Positions 1 to 9,120 of a stretch of 64,000 bases of DNA are shown piece after piece. How positions within the stretch are numbered: the first letter of the stretch is position 1; each line of letters opens with the position of its first letter. A program made the translations under genes and the position numbers. The notes under the pieces are model-generated. The model saw only the letters and a list, made by a program, of their open reading frames with translations. It did no database searches and was not told the origin of the DNA. This DNA comes from Shigella phage Silverhawkium: the sequence record MK562505; one strand, written 5' to 3'.

Positions 1-2373
1 TTATTCCCAACAGCTAGTGTCTTCTGGGATACTTCTTACATTAAACCCTAAGAATTTACCAACCTCTACTGGTGATACTTTATTCCAGTCTAAGTTAGAA
101 AGCAAGAAGTTTTCTTTGCGACGAACTTCAAAATACTTTTTAATCTTATCTTCCAGACGCTTCTTAGCATTATCTAGAGAGCGCTTAATCTTAGACTTTG
201 AACGTGTATGCTTACGTAACACTTCCAAAATACTTGTAGTATCTTTGTAAGCAATTGTTGCAGCAGAATAAGCCAGCTTTCCAAACATAGCCTCAATTGC
301 GTCTTCGTTACCTTCTAAGAATAGTGTCGTATCAAAATCTTTTGAATAAACATATCCTTTGGAACGTTTTTGGTTGTTAAACGTGAATGTACGAGAAACA
401 ACATGGTAATCCGTAATGTCATACTTACTTGAAGCCCACTGATAAATCAGATAACGATGGTATTCTACCCAATGAACATTGTCAATATAATCTTTGAAAA
501 CTTGCTCATTAACTTCTAACCAATCTTCAGGAACCTTCTTCCAGTTTGCTTTACGGAAAACATACACATTCTGTCCAGTTAGCTCTGCAACCAACTTTGC
601 AGCAGTTTCTGGTGAGCATGAAAAGATTCCACCAAGAACTTCATCACTCTGTGCTTTGATATACAGTTGTGGTTCTTCAATGTCATCAAAGTTTTCTTTC
701 ACCTCTTCGTAACCAATGCGACCACTTACAGAGTTCACATAAGCTTTATAGAGTTTGACTACGCCACGAGTGACAGTACGTTTTACGTAATGGTGCTCTT
801 TAGATGACATAGTTTGCACACATAACAGACTCTTGTCAAGCATGTGAAGTGCTGCAAAGTCATCAAACTCCTGCTGGCTTCCAAACACGAATACAATGCC
901 ATTGTAACGTCTGAAAGCTGGATTTTCCTGCTCTCTATCACGGCAAGCACCACGTATAATCTGGTTTTTACCAGTTGTCTTTTCAGACCCGTTTTTGTTT
1001 CGACGGTCATTGATAAGGAACAAATAGTTGCTCAACTTATCTTTACTCATTGCACCAAAGATACTAAACATTGCTGCATCTTGTGAATAAGTTGCTGAAG
1101 TTGCTCGAATACGATTCTCCAGACTGCTGTACTTGTAGTATGCTACAGGTTCATACAGATTACCAATATTAGGAACTGGATTACCATCTTTGTCAAGCCG
1201 CAAGTTACCTGCATCATCTTTCAAGAATGACGGAGAACCATCTGCTTCAGTTAACTGACCACGACGGATACCTAACAGTTTTTGTTCAAGTTTTTTCAAG
1301 TTCTGGCCTTGCCATTCCAGAGAATCTTGGACGTGAATAAAGATTTCACGAGCCTCCTTCCTCATGGTATCATAGGCTTGAGCAGCATCAATCAGAGTTG
1401 GCTTGTTAGCAATCTCTTTTACCACATCTTCTACGATTGTCTTAGTGATTTTCTTCACAGCTTCAACAATCTTGGTCTTAGTGGTCTCATTCATCTGCAA
1501 TGCTTCACGAGATGCAGCAATAGCCACTGAACCAATTGGCATGTAGATGTTAACAAGGTCTACAGCACTACGGAAGAACTGAGGCAGAATGCTTGTAAAC
1601 TCTGAACCAAGCAACTCACCCATTTCAACAGGATAAGCAATATTACCCATGATTACATTGAAATGGACGCTGTTACTATTTGAGCGCCAGTTCTCTTTGT
1701 ACTTCATTGCATCATAGACACCATCTTCACGAGAAATGGAAGTCATTGCTTCAAGAATGTCATAGTACTCAACATTACACTCTGGCTTAACTTTAAAGTA
1801 CGAGTATACATTGCTCGCTTCTTCATGAAACTTGTTGATACGGTTATTGGATACCGCTACTCGAACAGCTAAACCATTTGGCTCTGTAGTTGGGTTAGTA
1901 GTCAACTTAGTTACTTGAGGGATACCATTCTCAAGGTAAACTGAGTATTTGTTAACTACACCATCAACATAGCTTGATACAGTGAATGATTGAGCAATTG
2001 CAAACGGTGACTTTGAACCAATACCCATAGCACCGATGTAGTCATTTGAATCATTCTTTGTTGATTCTCCATAGGTCATGTAAAGTTTCATTACTTTATC
2101 ATGAGTCAGGCCAGTACCAAAATCTCGAACTTCAAAGTATGGTTCGAAGCGAGTTGGTAAATGGACTAAGAATGGCTTGTCAACATTACCTGAATCAATG
2201 TGAGTATCAACTGCGTTACAGGACAACTCACGAATTACAGCACGTTCTTTGTAGGTGTATACACCAGAACTCAGAAGACTAAACATTTCAGGTGTCATCT
2301 TAATCTGAGCTTGAGAAGTTTCTAAAGTATTTGAACTTTTGATAATCTCTGCGTGGTCATTTACCATACGCAT
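1..2373 (-). CDS. rIIA: rIIA-like protein with N-terminal GHKL-type ATPase fold
   Basis: 790 aa; N-terminal region (RAVIRELSCNAVDTH ... RDFGTGL ... GAMGIGSKSPF) matches the T4 rIIA N-terminus as I recall it; stop at 1-3; RBS AAAGAGGA upstream of the ATG. Confidence 0.8.
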   Translation of the reverse strand: MRMVNDHAEIIKSSNTLETSQAQIKMTPEMFSLLSSGVYTYKERAVIRELSCNAVDTHIDSGNVDKPFLVHLPTRFEPYFEVRDFGTGLTHDKVMKLYMTYGESTKNDSNDYIGAMGIGSKSPFAIAQSFTVSSYVDGVVNKYSVYLENGIPQVTKLTTNPTTEPNGLAVRVAVSNNRINKFHEEASNVYSYFKVKPECNVEYYDILEAMTSISREDGVYDAMKYKENWRSNSNSVHFNVIMGNIAYPVEMGELLGSEFTSILPQFFRSAVDLVNIYMPIGSVAIAASREALQMNETTKTKIVEAVKKITKTIVEDVVKEIANKPTLIDAAQAYDTMRKEAREIFIHVQDSLEWQGQNLKKLEQKLLGIRRGQLTEADGSPSFLKDDAGNLRLDKDGNPVPNIGNLYEPVAYYKYSSLENRIRATSATYSQDAAMFSIFGAMSKDKLSNYLFLINDRRNKNGSEKTTGKNQIIRGACRDREQENPAFRRYNGIVFVFGSQQEFDDFAALHMLDKSLLCVQTMSSKEHHYVKRTVTRGVVKLYKAYVNSVSGRIGYEEVKENFDDIEEPQLYIKAQSDEVLGGIFSCSPETAAKLVAELTGQNVYVFRKANWKKVPEDWLEVNEQVFKDYIDNVHWVEYHRYLIYQWASSKYDITDYHVVSRTFTFNNQKRSKGYVYSKDFDTTLFLEGNEDAIEAMFGKLAYSAATIAYKDTTSILEVLRKHTRSKSKIKRSLDNAKKRLEDKIKKYFEVRRKENFLLSNLDWNKVSPVEVGKFLGFNVRSIPEDTSCWE

Positions 2374-2407
2374 AGTAGTATTCCTCTTTGTTGTTTGGTG
2401 AGGTAAC

Positions 2408-2435
2408 TATATATTTTCATAGATACCTCTGTCAA
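2408..2435 (-). promoter_or_regulatory. sigma70-like promoter for rIIA (-35 TTGACA, -10 TATATA, 16-nt spacer)
   Basis: minus-strand TTGACA at 2430-2435 and TATATA at 2408-2413, about 35 nt upstream of the rIIA ATG. Confidence 0.45.
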
Positions 2436-2436
2436 G

Positions 2437-2616
2437 TTACTTTTTAAATTTCTTTCCAGAGCCATTGCAACAAGGGCAGCAGTGTCCAGAGCCGATGATA
2501 CCAGTACCTTCACAATAATCACACGGTTCAGTCTCTGCAAAGTACTTGCACAGTACAACTGCAATAGCCACTATACAACCTAGTGATAGGGCAATTTCTA
2601 ACCAATAACCTTGCAT
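2437..2616 (-). CDS. small membrane-anchored Cys-rich protein (59 aa), absent from the ORF track
   Basis: hand translation MQGYWLEIALSLGCIVAIAVVLCKYFAETEPCDYCEGTGIIGSGHCCPCCNGSGKKFKK; GGAG RBS; N-terminal hydrophobic helix plus CxxC/CCPCC cluster. Confidence 0.4.
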   Translation of the reverse strand: MQGYWLEIALSLGCIVAIAVVLCKYFAETEPCDYCEGTGIIGSGHCCPCCNGSGKKFKK

Positions 2617-2933
2617 AGTTTTTCTCCAACAGTCTTGTATAGCATAAAACTTCGGTCATGAACAATACTTGAAGAGACTGCAAAATTATCTTCAAGCACT
2701 TTCTTGTTCGGATTATAAAAACCTTCTAAAAACTGGTCAAGGGCTAACTGGTGATTTTGTGGTAGACCTTTTATAATAACTTTAAGTGTTACAGTTGTGA
2801 GGATTTCACTTTGTAGTTCTTCCTGTGCTGCCACTAAAAGGTTGTTAATAAACTTGTGACCATCTTCTGGATGCTTGATGTTATCCCAAGTCTCTTCCAA
2901 GATAATGTTTACATTCATCTGTTTAATCTTCAT
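2598..2933 (-). CDS. hypothetical protein (111 aa)
   Basis: ORF in the co-directional operon; no recognisable motif. Confidence 0.4.
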   Translation of the reverse strand: MKIKQMNVNIILEETWDNIKHPEDGHKFINNLLVAAQEELQSEILTTVTLKVIIKGLPQNHQLALDQFLEGFYNPNKKVLEDNFAVSSSIVHDRSFMLYKTVGEKLCKVIG

Positions 2934-3145
2934 AGAACCTCCACAATAAATTTCTTAAACTTTTTACGCAGCTTTCTGATTTGCTTTCTTGTAGGCTTTA
3001 CACAGAATTGATGACTCTCAATAATAGCTTGTCTGTCATCAGGCATATCAGCTTCTGTAAACCAGAGTACCCAATACGATTCTTGATACCCACCAAAGAA
3101 ATGATTACTACCAGCTACATAGTATAAATCTGTGTTGAACTCCAT
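2930..3145 (-). CDS. hypothetical protein (71 aa)
   Basis: ORF with 4-nt overlap to the downstream gene. Confidence 0.4.
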   Translation of the reverse strand: MEFNTDLYYVAGSNHFFGGYQESYWVLWFTEADMPDDRQAIIESHQFCVKPTRKQIRKLRKKFKKFIVEVL

Positions 3146-3160
3146 AACACTCTCCAGAAA

Positions 3161-3184
3161 TTAAAAAGGCTCCCGTAGGAGCCT
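3161..3184 (-). terminator. rho-independent terminator after the NAMPT-like gene
   Basis: hairpin GGCTCC-cgta-GGAGCC followed on the minus strand by a T-run. Confidence 0.55.
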
Positions 3185-3198
3185 CTTATAATACTTAC

Positions 3199-5016
3199 TT
3201 AGATTTGGTTGTCAATAACTTTTCGTACATCACGAAGGTTAACATAACCATATGGTTGTGAATCACAGAAGACAAGATTCAGAGCGCATTGAGGGTTGTC
3301 AAGGATACCTTCAAACTCTGCAAATCCAAACCCATCTACAGCTTCTAACTTATCTCCATCCCACATTGGAACGACACCACCAAATGCAGACTTCTTCAGA
3401 CCACTATCTGTTTTCGGGTCTTTTGCCAGCATGATTTCTTCACCATCCATCTGAGCAAGTGTAGCCTTCACAGCAAATGCAAAGGTGTCACGAGTCAAGT
3501 ATTGGTAGGTGTAAGAACCTACACCAAACACTACGTTAGAGCTTGCAAAACCTTTTTCAGCAAGACGGCTAAGAATCTCTTCAGCACGTTCTAGCGTGAT
3601 AGAATCACCATAGATAAGACCAATATGCTCATCAAGAACTTTGTAGCCTTTGTCATTAACGGTTCCTCCAAAGATGTTATACAGTGTCTTGATAGCACCA
3701 TCAATTTCTGCTGTTAGCATTGGCTTGATAACCACGTTTCCAGTTTTATAAACATCTTTCAGGTTAACTGTATCAGCAACGTTGAAGTCTTCTGCATCAA
3801 CAACTAATTCATAACCCTCTGAGATTAACCATGCAGAGAACCCATAACCCATATCCGACATAGAGCAATTTAAGATTGCATCTAGTAAGAATGTGTTATT
3901 TGGAGAAATAGTTTGCATGTGCTTGTAATACATGCTCTTTGCATTCTCCCACTCAATAGCACGATAGCCAGTTACAATGTGTACAGGGTCACCGGAATCT
4001 GGACGGATTACCAGTTTGCCATCACGTTTCAATATTACTTCACGAAGTTCTGGAAGAATCTCTGTAACTGTACGCCAGAAGTTATAAGTGTCAGAAACTA
4101 TACTTGCAATACCAGTTGGATAAACATCAACTAACAGACGTTTAAAAGTGTCTACCTCACCACGCCAACGCATTGCATCTAGCAGGTTATCAGATTGCAT
4201 AAGATGCCAATCACTAACTTCTTTAGAGGTACTATTCCATGAAATGTTTGCACACATCACAGAGTGTTCAGTTGCTGGTACAGAGTTGCCAATATCACTG
4301 ATTGTCATAAACTGACCATAAGCACGTTTAGCAGTATACACAGCAGGGAAGCTGTCAGTACCTTTAAAGCTGGTCAAGTGACCTACAGCATTAAAAGCAT
4401 CATCTGTGAAGCCAGACATACCACGCATTGCAAAATCATGACACTGCCAAGGCAAGTGAAAGTCATTATCACAGGTTACATCAGCCCAATTCTTACAGAT
4501 ACGTTTGTAGTGCAGTGCAATAGTTGCAATGGTACAAGCTTTCCAGATTTCAGCAGAGAAAGCATCTTCCAGATAACCAGCTACCCAATGGAAACCTTCA
4601 ACAGTGTTTTTGAAGACAATCATTGGTACACGCATAGGCACTACAATACCTTCTTCAACAGAGTATACAGCAACTGGCAAGTATCCTAAATCGTGAAGTG
4701 CTTCCCAATGTTCACGACCAATGGCATTTTCACCAAGAACACCATTCATAACCTCTAAGATTTCATCGACAACTTCTTTCTTGTCGCGCTCAAAGAATGT
4801 TGCGTTCCAATGGTCTACCAGATAGTCTTTTACAAAACGTTGGATACCAAAAGCAACTACACCATCAACTTCCAAAGGACTGTTAAACCACTTATCACCA
4901 CGAGGTGTAAGGTTTAGCATCAGGTACTGTGTAGCACTTGGGTACTGGTAAATATGACCTGCCTTGTAAGCATCTGCGTTAAGACCTGCTGGGACTGCAT
5001 AGATTGATTTAGTCAT
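3199..5016 (-). CDS. nadV: nicotinamide phosphoribosyltransferase-like enzyme (NAMPT/NadV family; Namat-like alternative possible)
   Basis: 605 aa; N-terminus NADAYKAGHIYQYP resembles the conserved DSYKVTHYKQYP start of NAMPT enzymes; GAGAGAGA RBS. Confidence 0.8.
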   Translation of the reverse strand: MTKSIYAVPAGLNADAYKAGHIYQYPSATQYLMLNLTPRGDKWFNSPLEVDGVVAFGIQRFVKDYLVDHWNATFFERDKKEVVDEILEVMNGVLGENAIGREHWEALHDLGYLPVAVYSVEEGIVVPMRVPMIVFKNTVEGFHWVAGYLEDAFSAEIWKACTIATIALHYKRICKNWADVTCDNDFHLPWQCHDFAMRGMSGFTDDAFNAVGHLTSFKGTDSFPAVYTAKRAYGQFMTISDIGNSVPATEHSVMCANISWNSTSKEVSDWHLMQSDNLLDAMRWRGEVDTFKRLLVDVYPTGIASIVSDTYNFWRTVTEILPELREVILKRDGKLVIRPDSGDPVHIVTGYRAIEWENAKSMYYKHMQTISPNNTFLLDAILNCSMSDMGYGFSAWLISEGYELVVDAEDFNVADTVNLKDVYKTGNVVIKPMLTAEIDGAIKTLYNIFGGTVNDKGYKVLDEHIGLIYGDSITLERAEEILSRLAEKGFASSNVVFGVGSYTYQYLTRDTFAFAVKATLAQMDGEEIMLAKDPKTDSGLKKSAFGGVVPMWDGDKLEAVDGFGFAEFEGILDNPQCALNLVFCDSQPYGYVNLRDVRKVIDNQI

Positions 5017-5030
5017 CTTATTATCTCTCT

Positions 5031-5053
5031 CAAAAGTGGGGCTATTCAGCCCC
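5031..5053 (-). promoter_or_regulatory. intercistronic hairpin (possible attenuator) between Prs-like and NAMPT-like genes
   Basis: GGGGCT-attc-AGCCCC stem-loop at 5038-5053 with only a weak U-run, immediately upstream of the NAMPT RBS. Confidence 0.4.
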
Positions 5054-5063
5054 TTTAATGGTT

Positions 5064-5945
5064 TTAGTCGATATTTAGTACAGTCAATTGACCATAACGT
5101 GTTAAGCCACGGTCTTCAATATTGCCTAATGAGTTTGTAGTGTAGATGTGGTCAATACCATTGTCAAGTAGGTTCTCAATACCTTTAGAGAAAATACCAT
5201 GAGTGACATACAGTTCTACACGTTCTGCTCCAGCTTCACGAAGATACTTTGCAGCCTCAATGAAGGTTCGACCACCATCACAGATATCATCAAGAATCAT
5301 GACGGTCTTGCCAGTTAAATCTACATCATCAAGGATTCGCATACCAGTGATTTCACCAGTTTTCAGGTTGCGAACCTTAGACATTGTGATGTAGGGTTTC
5401 TCTACATCTTTTGCTGTTTCTTCGGTCTTCTTGGCTGCACCTGCATCTGGAGCTACCAAATAGTCAATACGGGAGTCACTTGCAATGTGTGATGCAACTT
5501 CCTTCTGAGGTATGCAATGGAAGCACTTAAATAGATTTTCTGCGACATTACTATGAACATCCAGAGAGCATACTGCATCAAATTCCATTGCATTCACCAG
5601 ATTGGCAAATACCTTGAGTGCTGCTGCATCACCTTTAAACATGTGACGGTCATAACGGGCATTTGGTAAGAACCCGAACAGAACAGTCTTCATAGCTGAA
5701 CCTTGAGGGATGAGTTTGTCAACTGCCTCTTTAGCTAAAGCTAAGGCAAACAAGGTGTCTTTGTCATAACCCTGCACAGTAAAGATGACATTCTCAATCT
5801 TACCAGCGAAGCTTTCAGCAAACTGTACAAAGTCTTCAGAGAAGTTACCACCAATCTCACCAGATGGAAACTGAATAATATTGAAGGCTTCTTCTAAATT
5901 ACCTTTAGTACTTGAGCTAATAAGAACTCGGATAGTTGTTTTCAT
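5064..5945 (-). CDS. prs: ribose-phosphate pyrophosphokinase-like enzyme (Prs family; Adps-like alternative possible)
   Basis: NARYDR, MILDDICDGGRT (PRPP-binding loop) and VTHGIFSKG motifs parallel E. coli Prs; ORF-track start is TTG at 5963, ATG with GAGAGAAA RBS at 5945. Confidence 0.8.
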   Translation of the reverse strand: MKTTIRVLISSSTKGNLEEAFNIIQFPSGEIGGNFSEDFVQFAESFAGKIENVIFTVQGYDKDTLFALALAKEAVDKLIPQGSAMKTVLFGFLPNARYDRHMFKGDAAALKVFANLVNAMEFDAVCSLDVHSNVAENLFKCFHCIPQKEVASHIASDSRIDYLVAPDAGAAKKTEETAKDVEKPYITMSKVRNLKTGEITGMRILDDVDLTGKTVMILDDICDGGRTFIEAAKYLREAGAERVELYVTHGIFSKGIENLLDNGIDHIYTTNSLGNIEDRGLTRYGQLTVLNID

Positions 5946-5955
5946 AATATTTCTC

Positions 5956-6234
5956 TCAATCAAAAGTTACGTTGGTTACTGCCATTGCAGATTTACATTT
6001 TGCAGGGTCTACAGTGTGATAGAGAACACTACAGTTTCCTGTGCTATCTGGTACAGGTTTGACCCATTGGTGTTTAATATTTGGTTCTCCAAAGTCTTTG
6101 TAGGAACCATCTGTATAATGGTCTACCATCTCAATAGCAAGTATCTCTGGGACGTGACCACGTATCATATACATCTCACAACCATTCCCACCTTCACTTA
6201 CTAATGGTAAGATTTCCCATCTCTCTTTAGCCAT
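5956..6234 (-). CDS. hypothetical protein (92 aa)
   Basis: ORF in operon. Confidence 0.35.
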   Translation of the reverse strand: MAKERWEILPLVSEGGNGCEMYMIRGHVPEILAIEMVDHYTDGSYKDFGEPNIKHQWVKPVPDSTGNCSVLYHTVDPAKCKSAMAVTNVTFD

Positions 6235-6742
6235 GATAAGTTGCCCTATAAACTGTCTCGAACTTCAACAAGAGAGATATTGCCAGAGTCACATACTCCT
6301 TGTCAAGCATTGGTGGCATATTATTTTTGATATATTCCTCCTGTTCTTCATAGGTCATCTTAGGAGTGTCCAGAATAGTTTCTCCCTGCTTCTGGTTATC
6401 AAGTTGAGTCTGGATAAACCAGTTAGAGCAATGATGCTCACCACCCTTTGTGACGGGCTTGTGGTGGCCTAATGTGAAGGCTTGCTTACCAGAGTATCTG
6501 CATAGTTTGTTAAGTGATGCAATAGTGTTCTTGACAACACAGTACTCGTATAGGTTGTCTATGGTGTAGTGAGGGTAGTATCTGAAGAGTGATTTGTCAC
6601 GGAAGCTTCCATGATTCCAAAGAACCATGTGATTAGAGTTTGAAGGGTCATATTTGTGGGAGTCTATAAATTCTTGACGCTCATCAAAATCGAGACGCAG
6701 AACAGACATTGCAGCAGAGCGCTTAAGATTTGCAAGATACAT
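6227..6742 (-). CDS. HNH-motif endonuclease-like protein
   Basis: 171 aa; GHHKPVTKGGEHHCSNW...N fits the HH-x2-P-x3-GG-x-N HNH core. Confidence 0.45.
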   Translation of the reverse strand: MYLANLKRSAAMSVLRLDFDERQEFIDSHKYDPSNSNHMVLWNHGSFRDKSLFRYYPHYTIDNLYEYCVVKNTIASLNKLCRYSGKQAFTLGHHKPVTKGGEHHCSNWFIQTQLDNQKQGETILDTPKMTYEEQEEYIKNNMPPMLDKEYVTLAISLLLKFETVYRATYHG

Positions 6743-6794
6743 ATTTTCTCCAAAATAAAAAGGGAACCTTTTACAGTTCCCTAATCATAATCTA

Positions 6795-7106
6795 TTACTG
6801 GATGGCTTTCAAGACTTTGATGAACTCATCTTCACCGATATTCTCTTTCAAAACTTCGGTAGGTTTGATGTAGTGGTTTAAGCAAACAATCTTCTTACCT
6901 TTTTTATCGTAAGTCAGCTTCAACTGTTTTAACTCTTTGTCATCATTGTCATGCTCATTGTAGAGCTTAACAGCCTCTTTGAAAGGGGTATACTTTCGGT
7001 CAAAACTCAGGAAGCCAGTACCACAATAGTGAGCATTGTGTTTGTCAAGCATGAACTGGCAAAGTGCTAAAATCTGAATCTTACGAGTATTGTGAATCTT
7101 TTCCAT
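6795..7106 (-). CDS. hypothetical protein (103 aa)
   Basis: ORF in operon. Confidence 0.4.
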   Translation of the reverse strand: MEKIHNTRKIQILALCQFMLDKHNAHYCGTGFLSFDRKYTPFKEAVKLYNEHDNDDKELKQLKLTYDKKGKKIVCLNHYIKPTEVLKENIGEDEFIKVLKAIQ

Positions 7107-7117
7107 TTGAATATCCC

Positions 7118-7376
7118 TTACTTGCTACGTTTACGGTTGCGAGCTTTTTTAGCTGCACGTTTAATTGCTGCTGCACCAGATTGACGATGAGCCTGTTTCT
7201 TACCACCTTTACCACGTCCAACGTAAATGTAAGGTTGCTGTTCAACTTGGCTTGCAAGAACCTGTGCAACTGCTGAAGCGTCCACACCAACTTGTTTACC
7301 AGTCATTGAAACGATTGCTGCCGCTTTTGCTAGTGCCTTTAAGAAACCAGCTTTCATATTACCTAAAATTCCCATT
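7118..7376 (-). CDS. small protein with strongly basic C-terminal tail
   Basis: internal ATG (MGILGNMK...) avoids overlap with the upstream ORF; C-terminus KGGKKQAHRQSGAAAIKRAAKKARNRKRSK. Confidence 0.4.
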
Positions 7377-7391
7377 TTAATATCTCTCTTG

Positions 7392-7667
7392 CTAAAGTTT
7401 AATACAGAACTTATTAAGTTCTTCTTCGCTGATACCGATTGGAGTATTACCTTCTCTGATATTTTGAATCCTGTAGAAGTCTCCAAACTTATCTGATTCA
7501 TGGATGACAAAGATAACGTTCTTTACCATTGTTGCAAGAGCACCTAGTGAACGCTCACCAAATTTCTCTCTTGTATAAATCATCCAAGCATCTAGCTTGT
7601 TAATGTTGTAAGTCCACTTACCAGAATAATTACTCTGCTCGCCATTGACAATCGCCTTGCCATCCAT
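7392..7667 (-). CDS. hypothetical protein; start uncertain, overlaps nrdG 3' end
   Basis: ORF 7392-7748 overlaps the nrdG C-terminus in another frame; may be shorter or spurious. Confidence 0.25.
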   Translation of the reverse strand: MDGKAIVNGEQSNYSGKWTYNINKLDAWMIYTREKFGERSLGALATMVKNVIFVIHESDKFGDFYRIQNIREGNTPIGISEEELNKFCIKL

Positions 7668-8115
7668 ACTCTTTTCTCCACAAGTTTTGGTTGTCTGAAC
7701 CACGATATGGTTTATTCGTTGGTTTAGAAGCATCATACTTACCATCAATCACTACGTCAACATATTTCATCACTTCTTTGTTAATTTTTTCATGAAGCTG
7801 AAACCCTGTCCATAGCCATATAGTTTTGTCTGGATAGATAGACTTAACCTTCTGACAAATCTTGGTGACTTCTTCAATATTACGGTCATCGAGTGGTTCT
7901 CCACCTAAAATTGATAAGCCGCTCAGTGAGTCATCTTCCAAGAGTCTTAGAATGCCATAAAGATTTGCGTAAGTAAATTCTTTTCCAGCATTAAACTTCC
8001 AAGATTCTTTATTAAAGCAACCTTCACAATGGTGTTTGCAGCCAGCTACAAAGAGACTAACACGAGCACCTTCACCATTTGCAGTATCAAATTTTCGTAT
8101 TTCCATATAGTTCAT
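7630..8115 (-). CDS. nrdG: anaerobic ribonucleotide reductase activating protein (radical SAM)
   Basis: 161 aa; CKHHCEGC radical-SAM cysteine cluster; sits next to nrdD. Confidence 0.8.
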   Translation of the reverse strand: MNYMEIRKFDTANGEGARVSLFVAGCKHHCEGCFNKESWKFNAGKEFTYANLYGILRLLEDDSLSGLSILGGEPLDDRNIEEVTKICQKVKSIYPDKTIWLWTGFQLHEKINKEVMKYVDVVIDGKYDASKPTNKPYRGSDNQNLWRKEYGWQGDCQWRAE

Positions 8116-8510
8116 TCTACTACCTCCACTTCAATCTTCTCATAAGACATAACATATTCTGGACAGTGTTTGTAAATGAAGTCTTGCAAGATTTTACTAT
8201 CTTGTGCATCAGTCATCAAGGCTACATACTTAGGATTCATCTTCTGAATGTAGCTGTAGAATGAGATATCACCAATCTCAGTTCCCCAATCATCGTCCCA
8301 AGTACCTGTTATGATAATGATTTTATCGAGTAACCAATCAGGGACTACTAAGCTTTCGTCCTCTTTGATTGAGTCAATTAACTCTTGAGTGATTGTGAGT
8401 TCACTGGTGATGTAAAAGCTTGAACCACGACGATGCTCTTTCTCACACTTTCCATCATCTAACGTGCATTCCTTCAGCACTTCCATTAACGCTTTGGAGA
8501 TTTTAAACAT
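8112..8510 (-). CDS. hypothetical protein (132 aa)
   Basis: ORF between nrdG and the HNH endonuclease. Confidence 0.4.
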   Translation of the reverse strand: MFKISKALMEVLKECTLDDGKCEKEHRRGSSFYITSELTITQELIDSIKEDESLVVPDWLLDKIIIITGTWDDDWGTEIGDISFYSYIQKMNPKYVALMTDAQDSKILQDFIYKHCPEYVMSYEKIEVEVVE

Positions 8511-8664
8511 TTTAACTTTCCTCTTAAGTCACAATAAAGGAGTCCTAGAAAGAACCCTAGTGAGATAGAACCGATGAATAAACCAATTATGTTCTCTGCC
8601 ATATCTAACATCCAATAAAAAGGTGATGCAAGCCTATCAAGACCTACACCACCTTGTCAACTAC

Positions 8665-9120
8665 TTACTTAAACCTACAACAATCTTTGTGGAGTTCCTT
8701 TCTCAGTTTCTTCATAAAATCAACAGCTTCCTCAAACTTTTCAAATCTTCTTGAAACCGTTTTCTTGTTATATGTTACTGAAGCTCTCCATCTTCTTCTT
8801 GTAGAGTCCCAAGATACACCTTTAAATCCAGTTTTGTTATCCTCTCGCAATTTAGCATTGCAAGCATTGTCAACTTTGTTAGAGGCTCTTAGGTTTATCC
8901 ACCTGTTATCATCCTTGATACCATTTATGTGGTCTACTAATTCAGGAGCATCTTCACCCATCAAAGTGAAAGCTAATCTATGAGCATACTGTTTTGAACC
9001 ATCTGGTAGTTCAATTAGTATGTATCCACTAGTTATCCTGCTTCCAGCCACATCTCCACTATCTTTCCATCTTATCTCCCCATTATCCGGGTTATAGTCA
9101 AGAAAATTAGCTACATACAT
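8665..9120 (-). CDS. free-standing HNH homing endonuclease with AP2-type DNA-binding domain
   Basis: YAHRLAFTLMG...VDHINGIKDDNRWINLR (HNH) and GFKGVSWDSTRRRWRASVTY (AP2-like); inserted between nrdD and nrdG. Confidence 0.7.
   Translation of the reverse strand: MYVANFLDYNPDNGEIRWKDSGDVAGSRITSGYILIELPDGSKQYAHRLAFTLMGEDAPELVDHINGIKDDNRWINLRASNKVDNACNAKLREDNKTGFKGVSWDSTRRRWRASVTYNKKTVSRRFEKFEEAVDFMKKLRKELHKDCCRFK

Noticed and set aside
835-850. TTGACA hexamer inside the rIIA coding sequence as an internal promoter
   Set aside because: No acceptable -10 element at 16-18 nt and it lies in the middle of a gene; probably chance.
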